Assembly: GCA_002269645.1 (NCBI GenBank)
Contig: NIVC01000143.1
Location: 186,001 to 250,000 of the forward strand
Direction: 5' to 3'
Length of the DNA stretch: 64,000 nucleotides
Source of the DNA: Macrostomum lignano
Taxonomy: Eukaryota
A program made the position numbers and the translations under genes. Shown here piece by piece: positions 59,811-64,000 of this stretch. The notes below the pieces were generated by a model. The model saw only the letters and a list, made by a program, of their open reading frames with translations. It had not been told where the DNA came from and ran no database searches. The stretch's first letter is position 1, and every line of letters begins with the position of its first letter.

Positions 59811-61989
59811 TGATGTAACCACGCTCTGGTCGCGGGACAGGGCATGGGAACTTTTTCGAAAGTGCCTCCTATCCCGTGCACCCCCCTGCACAGAGCTGTC
59901 GAGACTCGGCCAGGTCTCCGACTAGGCCTGGAGACTCCCGCTCTGCTGCACCCCCCTGCTGCCTTGGTTCCGTCTCCCCTGCCGCCACACTTGCCTTTCC
60001 GGAGCTCCCTGTCCCTCTCTGTACCTCCCCCTCCACCCTATCTCCCCTGCGCTCTACCCTATTCTTCTTGTACTCTCCCTGACCCGTCTCTTTTTGTCTC
60101 TCTCTGCACTCTTTTCCTGCGCTGTCCCCCCTTTCCCTGCGTCTACTTACAGTATTTTGTGTGCTCACCGTCTCCCCATCCCCTCCCAAACTCCCAAACG
60201 GTGACGCAAGTCGTGTGACCCCTTCTTCCCCTCGATGACTCATCGATGACTCACCCCCTCCCTTGCGCAACCTTTTCTCACGCCATTGTTCTCCTCCCCA
60301 AATTTCTCATGCGACACCCACCCCACCTCCGCTTCTATTGTTCTCGTTTTTGATTCTTTTGTTCTCTCGACCCCCACCAATTATCACATTTTCTCCGATT
60401 TCCTCTTTCTTTTGTTCTCGTTTTCGCACCTAATTATCACCTTTTCTCCAATGTTTGCTTTTCTATTGTTCTCGATTCTCCCCAATTATCCCCGATTTCC
60501 AATTCCTTTGTTCTCGACCCCAGCCCCATTGTTCTCAATGTTTGCTTGCGCAACACTTTCGCGACCACCCGCTGCGCCAATTATCCCCCCACCCCACCTC
60601 CGGATTGCGCAATTCTCCCATTTCTCATGTTGCTATGCCGGTCTTATGTTTCTCATTATGACTATTTCTGACGTCATTCTGCCGGCAGCCAATCAGAGAG
60701 AGGGAGTCATGGAAACGACCTTGGAGAGGCGGCTGTGAAGGCTATAAAAGGAAGCGATTTCGGCATGAGAATCCTCAACTGAGTTTATCTCTGTTCCTCT
60801 CCTCGTCCTTCTTTGGACTTGCGGTCAGACATTGCTCTGACCTTCCCGTCTATCAGACGAACCCCTGCCGGTCCGTCTGTTACCGCCAAGTTATCTTCAG
60901 CTCCCCAAGCGAGCTCGCCTATCGGCCAGCGGTCTGATACCGCCCAGCATCATCAGCATCGCCTGATCTACATCAGCGCCTCGTCGCTTCACTGTCCGCC
61001 TGACTGCAGCCTACAGCCGCCCTCGGTCACTCCGTCTCTCTCTCTCTCTCTCTCTGTGCAGCTGCCGGTAAGTTCCTGTTACTGATTTGTGCTCTAATCG
61101 CCTTTGCTTATCCGGGGTTTGCCTATTTGCCATTGCTTAATTAGAGAGCTGAGCCAATTGTGATACCGTAACCTTTGCTGTATTTTACTCAATAGTGAAG
61201 CCGCCTAATTGCCTGACTATTTGCCTAAGGGCCTAATTATTAACTATTAACTAACCTCATCATTATTCACTCTTTCACCATCATTTCACCCATGGCTTGC
61301 TAAGCCTTTCTCCCGGGGTGGCGAAGCATAAGGAAGTTTGGGTAAGCTAATGGCCTCTCCCCGTGCAAAGCTCGCCTATGAGTGCGTGCTGCGGGTCCGT
61401 GTCTGCGTGCTGTAGAGGGGATTAGCGGTTCATGGCACAGAATGGCAGCAGGAAGATTGCAACACCCTGCTTACGCGTCCCTTCGCCCTGAGCAATCTAA
61501 ACTATATAGCTAGTGCATGTTCACCTCACACTATTCTTAGTAATTGACGCCGCAAGTCCGCCTCGCTCACAGCCACAAAGGATCCCCTGCTGAGAAATCC
61601 TCCAGATTTAGCCCAGAGTTCCCGATCATGCCCCAAGCAGAGTCCCTGTACTCGGCTGCATGTGTCTCCCCTGTTAGCCTAAATCTCCTGGTAACCATCC
61701 CAGGCGGGGCTCTAGCCTCGAGAGGTCTGGTAGAAAGATCCAGGTGCGCCAGGTCACATAGAGTGGTGGCAGCCAACTATTGCACCTTGGCTACAGGTGG
61801 GGTCCATGTGGGTCCTTGGCCCTCTGGTCACAAAGCGCTACCAAAGCTACCAATCATGTGGGCGGGACAGTCTGGTGCTGGAGGTCCGTCAGGTCATTGC
61901 CCGGTCATAGGCAGCCTACGGTCATTGCCCCCTCTAGTCATGCGTTCGTCTCTCTACGGAGCGGACAGGCGACAAGGGCGGTTACATCA
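59811..61989. mobile_element. 2179-bp TG...CA element (solo LTR or non-autonomous TIR element) with TATA TSD
   Basis: Termini TGATGTAACC (59811) and GGTTACATCA (61980-61989) are perfect 10-bp inverted repeats, flanked by TATA on both sides. Internal CCAAT (~60690) and TATAAAA (~60744); no long coding ORF. Confidence 0.7.
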
Positions 61990-61998
61990 TATATATAA

Positions 61999-62327
61999 TG
62001 ATTAACTTTAGGGATCTTGCAGGTGATTAACTTTAGGGATCTTGCAGGTGATTAACTTTAGGAATCTTGCAGGTGATTAACTTTAGGGATCTTGCAGGTG
62101 ATTAACTTTAGGAATCTTGCAGGTGATTAACTTTAGGGATCTCGCAGGTGATTAACTTTAGGAATCTTGCAGGTGATTAACTTTAGGGATCTTGCAGGTG
62201 ATTAACTTTAGGAATCTTGCAGGTGATTAACTTTAGGGATCTTGCAGGTGATTAACTTTAGGGATCTCGCAGGTGATTAACTTTAGGGATCTCGCAGGTG
62301 ATTAACTTTAGGGATCTCGCAGGTGAA
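61999..62327. repeat. 25-bp minisatellite (GATTAACTTTAGGGATCTTGCAGGT), ~13 copies
   Basis: Direct reading; begins about 10 nt after the TG...CA element. Confidence 0.95.
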
Positions 62328-63421
62328 TGGCTTTAAAAATGTTGTCTTGTATCCCTGTATTACATGAAAATTTCGCGTTGTACAGTCAAGAAATAAATTA
62401 ACAAAACTTGTTTTGCAGGACTAAAACATCAAAAAATGTTTGAGACTTGCGTTACTATGAGCAAAATAATGTTATTAAAAATTCATGCACGCATTTTCCA
62501 TTGATTTTAATTTTAGCTGGATAAAGATTCTAAAAATTTTAACAAAACAAGTTTTCATATCAGATCAAACTATTTTATCATTTTTCTTTTGGTTTTTACA
62601 ATATGATCACATTGACAGAATTAAGATGAAAACAGAATTGTAACAGATGTTGATTAGGCTGTCAGTCACTGAATGTTCATGAGAACATGATGAAATCAAT
62701 TTGCAGTCTGATTCAGCGGATTCTGAGAGCAGGTGCTTAAATAATCGAAGAACATGTACACACAATATTTGAAGCGATATAATAAGAACATCTAAACATA
62801 TTTATCAGAAATATGTGAAGTAAAATTTCTCAAACAGCTCGCGAAAAAGCCAGAGAAGCTTACAAATTCCGAGTTCAACTCAAGCTGCTGCATCAAGTCT
62901 CTCCAGCTTCTCCCTGACCCAGCCGACCTTTGAATTTTGCAGCTTCATGCAGATAACTGCTACCTGTGCATTTGGCTTGAATATTTCATTAAAAAGCATT
63001 GGCAATTGGGTATTGAAGTCCGCACAACAAATTTGCAAAGAAAAGCCCGCATCAAAGCAGACACGCAGTTTGAACGGAAAAAGCAATTCAGCATGCAGTG
63101 TGAATTGAATTGCAGCACAAATATGCAAAACTGCAGTTCATAGCAGGAGGGCTGCTCTCACTCGATGGCTCTCGACTTGCTCATTTCCTAGAAAAGCAAC
63201 AAAGTCAACAAGAAAAATCCATAAACAATAAATTAAGATTATTTATTGTCAAAGGATATTTTGGCATCTAAAAATAATTAAACTAAAAACTCAAAAACTT
63301 ACCGACTCAACTAATTTCAACAGAAAAACAAGGAAACCCAATTGTAAAAGTACACCGTTATAATTAGGGCTGAAAGCAAAGTGCAGAAAAACTTGAAAAT
63401 CTGATCAACGAAGTCCTCAGG

Positions 63422-63991
63422 TCACTGCAGTCTCATCCGACTGAGCTTGGCGTGAGTCCAGCTGTCTCTCTGCTCCGCTGCAGTTTCCATGGCAACAAGG
63501 CGACCCAAGTCGGCCCCGTCTCGCCCCAGCTTCGCCCACGTCCACAGCCTTCGTTCCTCATCTTCCATGCTGCGGTGAGCGCCGCTGTCGCTGCCGCTGC
63601 GGTTCGAAACTCGCCACCGCTTCTGCCTGACCCAGCCGATCTTCTCCTTGTCCTGCGTCTCCATGGCGACGCGTCTCTCTTTCTCGATCATCTCCATCTG
63701 CTGCAGGCTGAGCTCCACGTGCTCGCGGCAGTCGCTGTAGTGAGCCAGAGTGAGCAGCTCCTCCAAGTCCGGGTCCTCTTTCAGCTCTCGCTGCCAATCC
63801 TCCAGTTTGATTGAAGATGCTTGATTGCGGAGCAGCTCAGCTTGGAGACTCCAGCTCAGGCAGCGGAAGTTCACGTACAGGTGGGAGGAGAGAGGCTGCG
63901 ACAGTCTGGATGTGAACAGAGTCTGCGTGAACTCGGGAAGGAATGGGAAGCGAGGTGGAGAGTCGCAGGGGAGGCAGAACCTCCACGCCAA
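63422..63991 (-). CDS. Unknown protein-coding segment (helical, coiled-coil-like), probably continuing beyond the window
   Basis: GC-rich open frame of at least 189 codons with natural composition (EDWQRELKEDPDLEELLTLAHYSDCREHVELSLQQMEMIEKERR); family not recognised. Confidence 0.5.
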   Translation of the reverse strand: MAWRFCLPCDSPPRFPFLPEFTQTLFTSRLSQPLSSHLYVNFRCLSWSLQAELLRNQASSIKLEDWQRELKEDPDLEELLTLAHYSDCREHVELSLQQMEMIEKERRVAMETQDKEKIGWVRQKRWRVSNRSGSDSGAHRSMEDEERRLWTWAKLGRDGADLGRLVAMETAAEQRDSWTHAKLSRMRLQ

Positions 63992-64000
63992 GTCTGCGAC

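Overview
Eukaryotic (animal) genomic DNA with GC-rich spliced exons in introns and intergenic DNA full of minisatellites, microsatellites and transposon debris; the style suggests a Macrostomum-like flatworm (inference only). Genes, built by hand from GT-AG junctions and reading phase: (1) a Crumbs-like EGF/Laminin-G single-pass receptor. Its 3' half lies on + (607-12213), while a matching signal-peptide/EGF 5' half lies downstream on - (17996-12998). (2) A BTB + NPH3-domain protein resembling the plant NPH3/RPT2-like (NRL) family (-, 29839 to ~23400). (3) A secreted Cys-rich Argos-like protein (+, 38334-40011). (4) Haspin kinase (-). (5) A decayed WSC + PAN/apple gene (+). (6) An intact two-exon clan-2 cytochrome P450 (-). 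(7) A partly duplicated unknown coding region at the right end. Mobile elements: two RTE LINEs, a decayed APE-type LINE, BEL/Pao and LTR pieces, a CORE-type SINE, two hAT-Charlie-like MITEs, and a 2.2-kb TG...CA element with a TATA target-site duplication. Most striking: the plant-type NRL gene among metazoan genes, the Crumbs-like gene split across opposite strands, tandem arrays that amplify 5' splice sites and stop codons, and inverted copies of one satellite in two introns of the NRL gene.
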